A DNA stretch of 64,000 nucleotides from Prorocentrum cordatum (taxonomy: Eukaryota), in NCBI GenBank assembly GCA_963575745.1, contig CAUYUJ010000225.1:124001-188000 (forward strand), written 5' to 3'. The position numbers were made by a program, and so were the translations under genes. The stretch's first letter is position 1. Each line of letters starts with the position of its first letter. Positions 10,830 to 23,099 of this stretch are shown here, piece by piece. Below the pieces are notes generated by a model. It had not been told where the DNA came from. It worked only from the letters and a program-made list of their open reading frames with translations, and made no database searches.

Positions 10830-13800
10830 ATGCCCGCGGGGTAAGGCAACTGCGCCGATCCACAAGTACTCCCGCGCGCGCCCCCGCGCGCGCCCTCGCC
10901 TCGGCGCGGTCGCGCGCCCGAGGCCGTCAGGCAGGCCTCGGCCTCACCTCGTGCAGCCCTCAGCAGCCTCGCCACCTTGGCGGCCATGCCTGGCGAGCAG
11001 CTTCTCTCCCGCGCGCGGCGCCTCGGCCTCGGCCGCGCGCCGCCGCCGCCCGCAGCCCCTGCTTCGCTTCGAGCAGCAAGGCCACCTGCAAGCGGCTGGG
11101 GCCCCTCCGGCATCCTGGCCTCCTCGGCCGCACTTCCGCCTCCCACGGCCCCTGCTTCGCATCGAGCAGCAGAGCCACCTGCAGGCGGCTGGTGCACCTC
11201 CTGCGCCCTGGCAACCTTGGCCTCACGCTGCCGCGGCGGCGCCGCGCTGCACGCGCGCCTGCTGCGCCTCTGGGGCGCGCCCCCTGCCTTGCCGCCCTCG
11301 GGCGGCTCTCCTCTCGTGGTCTCCAGCAGCGCGTCCACGTCGACTTCCTCCGCGCCGCTGGTCTGCACCTTGCTCACTCCTCCTGGATCACCTGCTTCGA
11401 CCATCCCCTGCGAGCTGCCTCCTTCATCATGTGCAGGCAGGTATGCAGCCGTAGCCTCCTGCACACCCGCGCCCGCTCCTGCCGCCGCGGCGCTGGCCTC
11501 CGCTGCCTGGTCTGCCCGTCCGCCAGCCACCTCCGCGTCAAGCAGCTCCCCGCAGAAGTCGTCGAGGCGCGCGATGACGAATGGGACCACCCTCGCTGTG
11601 CGGGGCGCGAGCCCCCGCTGCAGCTTGGCCACCACCGCGCTGCCCGACGCGGAAGGCGGCATCTTGCACTCTCCGCTGAAACCGCATACCCTGGCGGCTC
11701 CCGCGATCCCGCAGAGGCGGCAGGCGACCAGCGGCATCCTGCGCTCCAGCTGCTCATCCACGGTGGGGCGGATGACCACCAGGTCGTGGGCGGTGAGCCC
11801 CTGCTGCCTCAGCCTCCTGTTGGCCTTCGCCGCGTCCGCCACGATGGAGCCTGGGCACTCGCCCACTCTCTCCTCCGACCTGCAGACTTCGCACCACCTG
11901 GGCTGCCCAGGCAGCCCGCGCCAGGTGCAAGCCACCTGCGCTGCTGCTGTGCGCCTCTCAGGAAGAGCCCGCTGCTGCTTCACCTTGCCGTGCGTGGTGT
12001 CGCTGCCGTCAACCCAGGTGCCCACAGCCGAACACCACAAGGCGACCCTGTCCACGAGGCCTCGGCTTTGCGCAAGGCGCAGGCGCTCCTGGCCAGGCAG
12101 GCGCCCAGCATCGGCTGCCGCCTTGGCCGCGCGGTCGGCCAATCGATTGCCGTGCCAGTCACGGTGCGACACCTTCCCAGCCGCCACTTGCTGCCTCGCG
12201 CTGTGGCTGGGCATCCACCTCAGTTGCACCTCGCCGCCCAGCCCTCCACGTTCATCCAGCAGCGCCCAGGCCTGCCTCCACAGGTGCGCCCAAGAATGAT
12301 CACTGGCCGTCGTACGCGCGCGCCCCGCCTGGTAGGAGCCGTCGAACACGTACTTCGAGTCCACAACCAGCACAGTGTCACCGTGCCCGTACCTCTGGGC
12401 CATGATCACTGCCGTGAGCTCGCTGCCGTTGATGTCGACGTACGGGCCAACCACCTGTCCAGCGACCGACGCCCTGTACACATCCTCACCCTGCATCAGC
12501 GCGACGGCACTCCAGCCCGCCGCCGTGAACTCACCGTAGTCCGCCTCGAACACCGAGCCGTCCAGGAAGAGCTCCCCAGCTGGCAGAACGCCCTCCTCAT
12601 GTTCGCCCTTCCAGCATACCAGGTCGCTGGCCTGAGGCTTGCGCACCCCCCCCGGCACTGGCCACAGGCACCTCCCCAGCAGCAACTGGATCCCAGGCTG
12701 CTGCCATCTCCTCCTGAGGTCTTCGAGGTCTGGGGGAAGGGCCAGCACCTCTCGCAAGCTAGCACAGTCACAATGCCTGTGCACCAGGGTGCCCTCCAAA
12801 CCGCACCTTAGACACCCCGCGCAGTTGGCCAGCCCTTTCTCCGCCTTCCGTGCCTGCGTCCACTGCCCGTTGACGATCAGGGACCGCAAGTACGCCATCT
12901 CGCGCTGCGTGAGCCGCGCCTTGACTTTGCCAGCCCCTCCTCCCTGCAGCCCCTCGGGGTGGAGCACTCTCCCTGTGGTGGTCAGCCTCACCAGCGGCTC
13001 GAGCTCCCCGCCTGCTGCCAGGTGGCTGCACCCTGGGTGCTTGCTGACTTGCCTCCACTGCCACCTCAGCACCGCTCGCATGACCAGCTTACGCACGACC
13101 CACGGCGCTACGTCGAAAGGCGCGATGGTGTTGCCGTCGTCCATGACCCAGCCGTTGGCTTCTTGCACCTCCCACCCGATTCTCCGCAGCGACATCACCG
13201 TCGCAGCGCATGGCCCCTGCACGTGAGCCCAGGTGGTTGCCCTTTTGTCCTGCAGACCGCGGACAACCATGTGGAAGGGGCACCCAGTTCTCCCACACCG
13301 CCCGCAGCAGCATCATCACGGGCATGCAGGTCGCGTCGATGTTCGGGTCGAGCCCAGGCTGAAGCATCAGCCCCAGCGACCTGCTCTTGCTGGCCGTGGT
13401 GTTGGAGACCGCCACGAACGACATAGTCCTGGCGCGGTCCAGCTCACCCATCGCGCACCCCGTGATGGCCGTGCCGTAGCCGATGCTAGGGTGCAGCCCC
13501 GTCTTCACAACCCTCTTAGCTGCGATCCTCTTGGCCTTCACCACCTTCAGCACCTTGAACTTCCTCAGCCTTTGCCCCGCCTGCTGGTAGCGGCCCTCGC
13601 GCACCGCGCGCCCTAGCCTCTTGCCCCCGCTGAAGTCACCCCCCAGGTTATGCTCCTGCCGCACCGCCAGCACCCCCAGCGGCTTGCGCAGCCTCTTCTC
13701 CAGCTCCTGCCTCGCCTCAGGGAAGTTGGCGAGGGCTCTGGACTTCTTGACCGCGACCGCCAGGTCCACCTCGCTGAGCAAGACCTTGAAGTGCCCTGGC

Positions 13801-16173
13801 CGCTGCCGTGATGTCCCCGACGACGCGCTGCATGCCCCCAACCCTCCTGATGATGATGTCATCTACGACCACCGAGAGGGCCACCGTGGGCACCAACGCC
13901 TGCAGCCTGTCCAGCGGCTCCAGCAGCAACATCTTGAGCATGAGCGTTGCCAAGCAATCTCCTGGCAGCACAGCCTGCTCCGTGTAGATGGCGTCGCTGA
14001 CCGCTTCGTCGCGCGCCAGCCACCTGGCACCTGGCCGACCTGTACAGACTGACCTGGAGCTTGAGCTGCCACAAGGGGAACCCCGTCTTCGTCGCTGCAC
14101 GAATGAGGTGCCCGTGCTGCACCTGCTCGAACGCCTTGAGCAAGTCCAGGAGCACCAGCGCGGCGACCCAGCTGGAGGCGTCGCCAGTCTCACGCCCTTT
14201 GGCCGTGGCCCACTCGCACTTCACCGCCTGCTGCCAGACCGCCCTCTGGCAGCCCTTCCCTCTGGACGCCCAGAAGAAAGGCCGATCGTTCCTGCTCTTC
14301 CACTCGACTGCCGCTGGCCTGCGCCGCCTCGTCTGGATCCTCGCGAGCACGTGGGCGATGGCCACCGGCCTCACTCCTCCTAGCCTCTTGGCCAGGAAGA
14401 CGATATTGTTGTTCAGCTGCGGCCACTCCGCCGCCATCTCTACGGCCATCACGACGTCGATGAGCGTCTCGAGGCCCTCGTCACTCAGCTCCAGGAACTG
14501 CCGCGGCTTGACTGCCTCGAAACCCGCCGCGGTGCCCTTCCTGAACGAGCGCAGCACCGCCTTCATCTCCTCCACTGTCCGCCTGCCAGGCCTCACACCC
14601 AGATCGCCTGGCCATGCCGGCTCCTCATGGGCGCACTGCACCCTCCAAAGCTTGCCCCATTATTGCTCGAGGGCGTCCAGCTCCTGGCAGAGGCTGTGGG
14701 GGCCTGCCGCGGAGCTGCAGTCGCTGCCTTGCCAGCCGACAGCCACTCTCGTGACTGCATGCTGCCCTCCCGCTCCTCCCTTCAGCTGCTTGTCGACCCA
14801 TTCGTCGAACTGCCTGCCGCGCTCGTCGGTGTCACGCCTGGCGAGCTGACTGGCGCGCACCTTGGCCAGCCTGGCCAGGGTCAATAGGGCCACGGGGTCC
14901 CAGCTCGCAAGCCCTGCATGCTGCAGCACCCTCAGCCACCTGCCCGCCTCTGTGCTGTCATGCTTGCCTCCCAGCTCACTCTCGGCCTGCTCTTGCCACA
15001 GCCTGACCCTCTGAGGCGCCAGCTCCGCCAACCTGGGCAGGAAGCCGAGCGCATCAATCCGACCTCGGGGCGCTTGTGCCCTCGCCGCAGCCTCCAACGT
15101 GTTTGCCACCCTGGCCATCCACGCTGCTTCAGGCGTGTGCCTCGGCGCCCGCGGCTCCTGGATCCCGCTGCGTTGCACCCTCTTGGTGGAGAAGCCCTGC
15201 GCCCTGCCCGCGTACCTGTCCCTCTGGTCCTCCAGCTGGTACACGTCCAGCCACTCCTCCTCAGCGCACTCCAGGAAGGTGGCGAAGGCAGCGGTGGGCG
15301 CGTCCTTGGCGCGAGTGCCCTCGCACTCCAACTCGCCTGCACCGCCGCCTCTCCTCCAGCACCTCCTCGCGCCTCCACGGGAGGCGGGCGGCCTGTCTTC
15401 CCCAGAGGCTGGGGGGCCTCGCGCATGCTCCTTCAGCCGCTTCAACCTGAAATGGACTACCCGCGATTACATACGGTGCCTGGCTCGGATGCATGCTGCC
15501 AGTCCCAGCATGGGGAGCAGCTCCTGGGCATCCTTCATGCCCCCGCTGCTCCGCCACCTCCTCCTCCTCCTCGGGACGGCGGCACCGTGCTGGATGCACC
15601 GTGCTGGATGCCAGTCGGCACCGTGCTGGATGCAGCACTTGCTTAGGTTGCGTCCAGAGGCTGCTGCGGCCAGCGTGGGCGGGGGCGGCAGCGCGCTACC
15701 GAGGGGGCCCCACCTTGCCCTCTGGCCCTCCAGTGGTTTTCCGAGGATGCGATTGGCTATGGCAGCGCCTCGGGGCCACCGCCTTCCCTCCGCACGCTGC
15801 TGCTGGCCAGAGTCACCAGTCCAGTCCTCCTCCTGTGGTATTTCGAGGATGCCGTTGGCAGCGCCTCGGGGCCGCCACCTTCCCACTTCGCTTGGCCTCC
15901 AGCTGGCGGCGGCGCCGCCCTCCCGCGGCCTTGTCTGCTGGCTCACCGCGACGACCAGCGCGTGTGCCACTGCTGAGTGCCTCGCGCCTTTCTCAGCCTC
16001 ATGTGGTTTTTGTTCGAGGATGCCCTTGGCAGCGCCTCGGGGCCACCACCTTCCCTCTTCTGGTGGTCGCCCATCAGCCTCGGCGCCACCCATCTGCGGC
16101 CTCGCCTTCTGGCCTTCGGCTCCGACCAGCCCGCGCTCTGCCTCTTCGCGGCCAGCGCCTGCCTCCCCCTCGA

Positions 16174-16216
<43 letters not shown>

Positions 16217-17253
16217 TTTATTCTTTTTCCGAGGATGCCCTCGGCAGCGCCGCGGGGCCACCACCTTCCCTCTGCGCGCTCCTCCATGCGCGCCACCTCT
16301 GCCTCTTGTTTTTTTTTTTTTTTTTCGAGGATGCCCTCGGCAGCGCCTCGGGGCCACCGCCTTCCCTTCGCACTCCTGCGGTCCTCAGCCTCGTCGCCCT
16401 CCTCTAGCGCCCTCGGCTCACCAGCAGCTGCTGCCAGGCCTACTGTTAGCTGCTCCCTCACGCGCTTCCTCGCCCGCACCCAGCTTCTGCGGTGATCCCT
16501 TGCACAGCATCCGTGCGGCCTTGCCTCAGGAAGCGCCCGAGGCCTCTGCACCACCCCCATGGCGCCCTCCATCTTCTGCTTGGCGACTTCGGCGATGACT
16601 GGCGCGTGCGGTTACACAGGCGAACCCGCCACCACCTGAGCTCCCTGCGCGAGCAGCCCGCGCGACACAAGGAAGTAGTCGATGATCCGCCCTGACGCCA
16701 TGCAGGTGGGCCCCGCGGGTCTGACCACGGACGCGTCGAAGAGCGCCAGCACGCCGCCTGCCTGCAGCTCGTCATCACTGAGATTCCAATCCCCGCCGAT
16801 CACGTACTCTCTGCGGCAATGCCTGAGCCTCCTCGCCAACAATTTGAGGCTCGACATGTTGCTGAGGTTGAGGCCCTCCCCCGCCTCCAGGTACAGGTTG
16901 GCAATCAGAAAGCCGCCGCCACAGATGCCCGAGACCCAGTGCACGTGTACTCTGCCGTCCACCAACACCGCCGCCTGGTGGTCCTGGACCTCCGCCATCC
17001 CGTGGCAACGTCACACCATGGTGATGGGCCCCCCAGTGCTGAGCCCACCTGACTCAGACCTCAACGCTGGCGAACTCCTTGCCCGCCATCCTTGACCACG
17101 GAGTTGAGCCTCAGCATCTCCGCTCCTCCCCTCTAGCAGCCTGGTCTCCTGCACCAGGATGGCGTCGCAGCTCTGCACCTCCTTCACCATCAAGCACTTG
17201 CCCAGGCTGCTGAACGCGTTGACATTGACCGTGCAGATCCTCCAGACGCCCAT
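10830..17253 (-). pseudogene. LINE ORF2: apurinic endonuclease, reverse transcriptase, RNase H (frameshifts and stops)
   Basis: APE: RICTVNVN, ILVQETR, IGGDWN, IDYFLVS. RT: FLAKRLGGVRPVAI, LDLLKAFEQVQH, VLPGDCLA, VVVDD. RNase H: LFLDGS, NGSELTAV, VVDSKYV, WMPSH, GNRLADRAAK. Confidence 0.92.
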
Positions 17254-17260
17254 CCCATCG

Positions 17261-18394
17261 CTAGGACTCTGAGTCCTTCTCCTCCTCCCCCGTGCGCATC
17301 TTCTTGGCATCATTTATGAGCGCCTCAGCCGCCTTCCTCTTGCCAGGGTCCACGAACTGCTCCTCCAGCTCCTTCCAAGCCTGCTGCACCTCAGGGGATG
17401 GCTGCAGCGGCCGAGGCTCCGCCTCAGCAGCCGACCTTGCCACAGCCCCAGCCCTCGCGGGTGCAGCAGCGCCAGCTCCCGCAGGAGGCGGCTGCACAGG
17501 ATCTGGCACCGCAGCACCCTCTCCTGCCGCCTTGCTCTTCCACTCGAACAGCTTCTCGACCGCCTCAGGCAGCTTGACGAACCCCCCGCAGAACACTGGG
17601 TTGGCCGCCACCCCGCTGGACTTGGCCCAGCCCGCGAGCGTCGCCATGACCTCCTGCAGGGAGGCAGGGGTGGCGGACGCTGCCGTCGCCACCTCGGCTG
17701 CCACGGCGGTCCCCGCCAACCTGGCACTCTGAGCTGCCAGCGCCTCGCGCGCTCTGGCGGCTGCCTCGGCCAGCTCCTGCCGCAGCTGCTGCAGCTTCTC
17801 CGTGAGGTCCGCCGTCTCGTTGATGGCCGCCCTCGCCTTCGCCTTGGCCAACTCCAGCATGTGCCCAGTCCGCTTGACCTTCTGCGCCTTCTCGTCAGCC
17901 AGCAGCTGGGCGGCTTTGACGGCCTTATCCTTGGACAGGTCGTCACCCAGCCCTTCGCGCACCAGCCGCCTGGCCTGCTGGAGCTCGCTCCTGATCTTCG
18001 CACTGAACAGCTTGGTCGCGATGGCGAACTGCCCATCTGACATGCTGACGAGCTCACGACGCTCATCGTCGTTGAGCACCACTCCCGCAGCACGCTGACC
18101 TCCTTCACCGCACTCATCGCCTCGCCACCGCGGCGCACGGGTCGCAGGCGCGCCAGCCCCAGCACGTCCACCACGCCCGCCACCGCCAGCGCCAGCAGGA
18201 GCACCGCCACGACCTTGAGCCCCTTGCGGCAGGAAGCTGCCCAGGACCCTCTGCGACGGCTTGCCTCCACCCTGGCACGCGTGGCGACAGCGCACTCGCT
18301 CGGCGAAGTTGTAGTAGCTGCGCTCCTGGCACACCCATCCCAGGGGCCCGCCTGAGCGACCTCCCCCGCGCCCTTGCCCCGCGCCGCGCCCCAT
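17261..18394 (-). CDS. LINE ORF1 (nucleic-acid binding; RanBP2-like zinc finger + coiled coil)
   Basis: Open ~377-aa ORF directly upstream of ORF2. It has an RGG-rich N-terminus, WVCQERSYYNFAERVRCRHAC (degenerate W-x-C...N-x6-C zinc finger) and an A/E/K/Q-rich helical stretch. Confidence 0.75.
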   Translation of the reverse strand: MGRGAGQGRGGGRSGGPLGWVCQERSYYNFAERVRCRHACQGGGKPSQRVLGSFLPQGAQGRGGAPAGAGGGGRGGRAGAGAPATRAPRWRGDECGEGGQRAAGVVLNDDERRELVSMSDGQFAIATKLFSAKIRSELQQARRLVREGLGDDLSKDKAVKAAQLLADEKAQKVKRTGHMLELAKAKARAAINETADLTEKLQQLRQELAEAAARAREALAAQSARLAGTAVAAEVATAASATPASLQEVMATLAGWAKSSGVAANPVFCGGFVKLPEAVEKLFEWKSKAAGEGAAVPDPVQPPPAGAGAAAPARAGAVARSAAEAEPRPLQPSPEVQQAWKELEEQFVDPGKRKAAEALINDAKKMRTGEEEKDSES

Positions 18395-18498
18395 CGCGCG
18401 CAAGACACTGGAGGAGACGCGCCCGACTGCCAGAGCGCAAAGACTCTTGCCTGCCGCGGACTAGCGGCATCCGTTCGACCCCCTCGGGAACCTGGCAC

Positions 18499-18520
18499 CT
18501 TGAGCCAAAATGGCTGCGGA
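18499..18520 (-). other. Dinoflagellate spliced-leader (DinoSL) copy at LINE 5' end
   Basis: The minus strand reads TCCGCAGCCATTTTGGCTCAAG versus the DinoSL consensus DCCGTAGCCATTTTGGCTCAAG (21/22). Confidence 0.95.
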
Positions 18521-18749
18521 GGAGGATCGAGGCGGAGGAGGACGACGACGACGACGAGCAAGCGATAAGTGAAGGCTTTGTGATATTTGTGGTTTGGGGG
18601 TGCTGGAGGGGGGGGGGGGGGGGCGACCATATATGTGTATATGTATGTATGTATGTATGTCTGTATGTCTGTCTGCCTGTATGTATGTACGTACGTGTGT
18701 GTACATATATGTGTGTATATTCGTGTGTATGTCTAGATGTATATATATA

Positions 18750-21700
18750 CAAGATGTTAAGGCTCGCTGCGCTTCGCCTTCTAATCTTGACCCTTGCACC
18801 CACGATGTTTCTGGGCGCGGGCGAGAACCTTTTTGTTCAATGAGGTGCGTGGGAAATGCGCGAGCGGAGGCGAGGCGAAGCGAGTGCGCGGTAACGCCCG
18901 GGCTCATCGGAGAGATGATGTGTCGACGGGGCTGTGCCGTCGCCGGCGCTTGCAACCCAGGTAGCGTAGTCGACGTCGCGGTGTGGTCGGTGGTTCACCT
19001 GCAAAGCGTAAGTAGTGAAAAGCTCCCATGTAGCAGATGTCCGAACACTGTCGTTGACGATAGAGTCCCGCGTGCCTCCTTTCACAACAGGAGGAATCTG
19101 GCGGAAATCCCCATAGCAGACGAAAGCCTTGTTCTTCCAGATGGTAGTGTGGTGCTGTTGAATGTGGCCCAATAGTTTGAGGGCGCTCTCCCACGCAGGT
19201 CGTTTAGCATTTGGCCATTCATCCCATTGGAGCACAGACGCCGCGGCGAGGGCACCGGCACCTTTGGAGCTCATCGGCAGAGAGCAAGTGAGGACGTCCT
19301 CGTCAGGCACCGGAGTCTTGCAGAAAGAGTGCGCCGTGGCGCCGAATGGGAATTGCAGGGCCGCGACTCCTTTTGGCCATGTTGACGACTCCCTGTCCAC
19401 TCCCCAAAGCAGCGTGAGTGATGGAACTGGTGACGGTGGATTTGCCTCTGCCAGCGGGGCCGTGGGCGAAAAAATACTTTTCGGCCCCGGCGCGGATGGG
19501 CGCGATTATCGATTTGACGGCGTCGGTCTGACTCGGATCCTTTGAAAGGTATTGTAGATGGTCTTCGCGCGGGATTGCGCTTCTTGCGGGGGAAATGGCG
19601 CCGCAGAGGTGTCTGGTGCTGGGGATGGTTGAGACCGTGCAGGTTTGTCTTCTTCCAGCGTGAACGATTTGCCAGTGCACCGGCACGAGAGGCGCAAAGC
19701 GTCGCACGCAGCTTTGCGGGCGTAATCGAGAGTGAGCCCGCGATCGCGGAAATCACCGAGGAGATGCTTCTCGAACTTGTTGCACAGCGTCACGGCGCGC
19801 GCGTCCTGCTCGAGCAACGCGACGAAGGCGAACCGTAGTTGAGCGGCAGTGTATCGAAGCTCGTCTAACTCCTGGAGCACCCGCGCGGGTTCGTCAGCTG
19901 TCGCAAAATACCCGGTCGCCACAAGGGCTTGCTCATAAGTGGGGTACCTCCGGCCGGCGTGGGTTTTGCAGTCGGCGAAGCTTGGTTTTGGGTAGTTCAA
20001 CAGTATGTGTCTGAGGTAAAACACCAGAACACCTCTCTCTGTTCGGGGCACTTCATTTCCTGCCTGCATATAGGATGTTCGCCCCGTTGCTTCTCGTAGA
20101 CGAAGTGGGTCCGACCTGGGGGGGCAGCGTCGAGCACGGGCGCCAGGGCCCCGTCCGGCGGGGGGGTCGCCGAAGGCGCCGCAGCCCGTGGGAAGAGGTC
20201 GGGAAAGTGGTGCTGCAAGGCTTGCGGGCAAGATTTGGCCACCATGAAGCGCTCGAAATATTCGCAGTACTTCGTGGAGAGGTGCGGCTCGAACTTGGGC
20301 CGGTGGAATTAGCGTTGCAAAAACGAAATAGACGATTGTACGGCGTCCTCTTCTTGTCCGGCGGCATAGGTGATCCAATCTTCGTCATCGCAATGCACTG
20401 GTGGACAAACCACATGAGGGATGCGTTCATACATAGTGTAGCCAAACATGCGCCACGCGCATTCCGTGGCACAAATATAACGGCCACGCTGCTATTATTT
20501 GATCTCGTCTTTGTTGCCAGTGTCCTCCTGGAGCTCATACTTGACAAAGTCTGGTCCTTTGAACGGGGACTTGTAAAGGTATTGGAACAGGTTGACGGAC
20601 CCTGCGAATTTGACATTGGCGTGTCCGTCTCACAGCAGGAGGATGGTGGGGTTGTATTTCACGATCAGCCGGTTGCAGCAGGCAGATCGTTTGCCGTAAG
20701 ATGCGGTCCCAGACGCGCAATTGGGGCAGTCACCGCCACAATGTCTGCGGCGGTGATGTGGATACCCTCGCTCGTCAAAGTACGCGTCGTCTTGGAATGG
20801 CCACGGGCGCCATTTGATGCACTCCTGAGATGGGTCGTCGGTGCGGCACGAATGGTTGCACGAGTGTATCATGTGTTGAAGGACGAGTGCGCGGACAGGA
20901 CCGTCTGGTGGAAGTTCGCATGAGACGAAGGTGTCCACGGCTTCGGGCGTAGTTGGCGGCGTTGTCAGGGCTATGGCAACGTGAGAACGGGGCAGCCCTC
21001 TGCGCTGATATTCAATACCCTGATGACGCACCTGCGGTCTCCACAGAACTCACGCTTGAGGTGCGCCATCGTCTTCTCCAATCGAGCGCGGAATACGCGG
21101 ACCACGATGTCTGGGCGGTCTGCTGCTGTCTGGCCCGGATGCAGAGTGGCAGTGGTCTCGGGCCAGTATGGGTTGCACGTCAACGTGATGAAGAAGGTTG
21201 GCGGGCCTTTTCGCCGAGCAAGCCCCAGGGAGTCCATTCGGAGCTTGCGTAGGTGGCGGGGGGACCCGGGCACGCTCGAAAACAAATATGCACTCGTGCC
21301 AGGGAGGGGCGCGTCATTGGCGAGGGCCTCGCACATGTCTTCTCGTTTGGAAGTTCGTTGAGCCTGTGCTCTGCGAAGAAGTCCGAGCCTCTCATCCTCC
21401 ATCATGCAGTGCATGTTCACGAGCCACTCGTTCACGAGCCGCCCACGTAAATTCATGCGCGGGCTTCGTAGGAGGTGTTAACGGTGCCACCACATCTGTG
21501 TGAGGCGCTGCCCCGCGTTCGCGAGCATGTCGGCGCTCCGTCCGCGGCCGCCGCGGGGAAACCAGAGCGGGTAACTCAAGGGCTCGTAGAGCGCGCTCAG
21601 CGGGTTCATGTATTGCGGCGTGGGACACGAGTTCCTTCGGAATACGACAGACCGGGGCGACGCGTCCACGCGGGGTGTTTCATGGACAATCGCAGCGAGC

Positions 21701-22831
21701 TCGTCGATGCCATCGTCCCACTGGAGCTCGACCGCCACGGCGGCGCCGCGTACTGACGGGGCCGACAAGCGTCAAAGCTCTTTCGCATAGCCATTGTGCG
21801 GAAGGATACGTGTCTCCAGTCGCCGAAGCAACTTTAGGTCCACATTGTGCGCAGTGGCGTTCGTGGCGCGCTCCCGAGGGTCGACGACAATGTAGCGTGG
21901 AGGCGCAGTGTCAGCACAGCTCCAAATCCGCCGGTACATCGTGCCAGGGACTCGGATATTGGAAGGCCGCAGCTCGCTACTGAATCGCAACTCCCGTTCC
22001 GAAGTAGTGCTTTGAATCTCGTGCACGGCGAAAGAGAACAGACTATTGCAGCGCCTGCTGATGGCTGAGAACCCCGTCGATCCGAGGTGCATTGGAAATC
22101 GCGTCGTGTATTGGGCGTCCCTATTCGTCCTTGTACAGCCACGTAGTGCCGAACGTTTTCATGAGAGCGCCTGCAGGGGGCTTGTAGTACTTTGTGAAAT
22201 CCACGTAATGCTTCCCGGCGCCGCAGCAGAAACCATCGCCTTCGCAGCGGGACAGCTTTGTGGAGCAATGGGTGCATGTGTGCGTCATGGCACCCAAATC
22301 GATTCGGGAAAAGGCGCCCTCCGGGCGTCCTAGTGGACAGCAGTGTCGGCATATCTTCTGGTTGCGGGCGTGCCACCTGGGAGCAAAATCGCCCAGCGGC
22401 AATGTTTCTCCGCATCGAGCACAGACACAAAATGAAGCCGGCTGCGCAACACATGCCTTGCAAATTCTCTCGGTTCTGTGTCGTTGTCGAACTGCGAAGT
22501 CCTCGGGGGAGAGCTCCTCGTGACAGCGAGTACAGGGCAAGGCCACCGCAGGTCTGTTTTGGAGGGCGGCGCATGCTCTGCAAATCGTTGTGGCTTTGTG
22601 TAGCTGAGTGGGTGTGAAAGAGTCGCGCGGAAGGTCGGTCGTGCACACCAAGCACGTGAAATATGCCCGTGTGGCGCATGATTTGCAAGTCTTCGTGGCT
22701 TTGTGTAGCTGGGTAGGTGTGAGCGAGTCGCGCAGCAGGTCGGCCTCGCAGACAGAGCACGTAAAGCATGTTGCCAGCTTGGGGCCCATGGCGCAAAGCA
22801 AATGATCACGGTGTACATGTGCCCATCCCAA
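18750..22831 (-). mobile_element. Helitron remnant (RepHel pseudogene: Zn-finger region, HUH Rep, partial Pif1 helicase)
   Basis: N-terminal CxxC...CC (THTCTHC...FCCGAGK). Rep motifs: GPPTFFITLTCNPYWPE, EYQRRGLPRSH, YLYKSPFKGPD. Pif1 motifs: HGPAGRGKST, QWDEWP, GDFRQIPPVV, LQVNHR. Multiple frameshifts. The 5' boundary is uncertain. Confidence 0.9.
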
Positions 22832-23099
22832 GAATGGGAGATCTACGCACTTCGAGCCAACGCGTCGGAGTGTACTGAAAATGAAGCAACATGGTGGAAG
22901 GGGAAGCAGGAGAAGCGGAGGATGTTGAGGACGAGGTGGGAGGGCTTGAAGGAAAGGTGAGGATCATGTTTTAGTTCCCAGGGTCGCTGAAGGAAGAGTA
23001 TAAGAAGGCGGTGACGGGGGAGAGAGGAGAGGAGGAGGAGGACCAGGAGAGTGCGGCGGGGGAGAAAGGTGGACAGAGGGAGGAGAAGGAGGACGAGGA

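Larger units (their letters stand above)
10828..18520 (-). mobile_element. Full-length non-LTR retrotransposon (LINE; ORF1 + APE-RT-RNase H ORF2), mutated
   Basis: Perfect direct repeat GGAGGAGGATCGAGGCGGA at 10809-10827 and 18518-18536. ORF1 and ORF2 are in tandem, with endonuclease, RT and RNase H motifs. Confidence 0.93.
9541..18628. mobile_element. Non-autonomous TIR element (~1.4 kb without the nested LINE) in AT/TA context
   Basis: The left end GCTCG(C)n (9541) is inverted relative to the right end (G)nCGACC (18628). Both ends abut ATATAT. Confidence 0.55.

Noticed and set aside
10721..12811. Long plus-strand ORFs over the LINEs and the DUF1350 exon (also 31844..33838)
   Set aside because: These are antisense shadows of GC-rich minus-strand coding sequence.
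15735..16370. CRISPR array (repeats with unique spacers)
   Set aside because: Spacer lengths are highly irregular, the repeats are degenerate and in frame within LINE ORF2, no cas genes are present, and the context is eukaryotic.
22849..22861. SL relic upstream of the Helitron ORF (TTGGCTCGAAG)
   Set aside because: Short, and needs an insertion to match. Compatible with chance.
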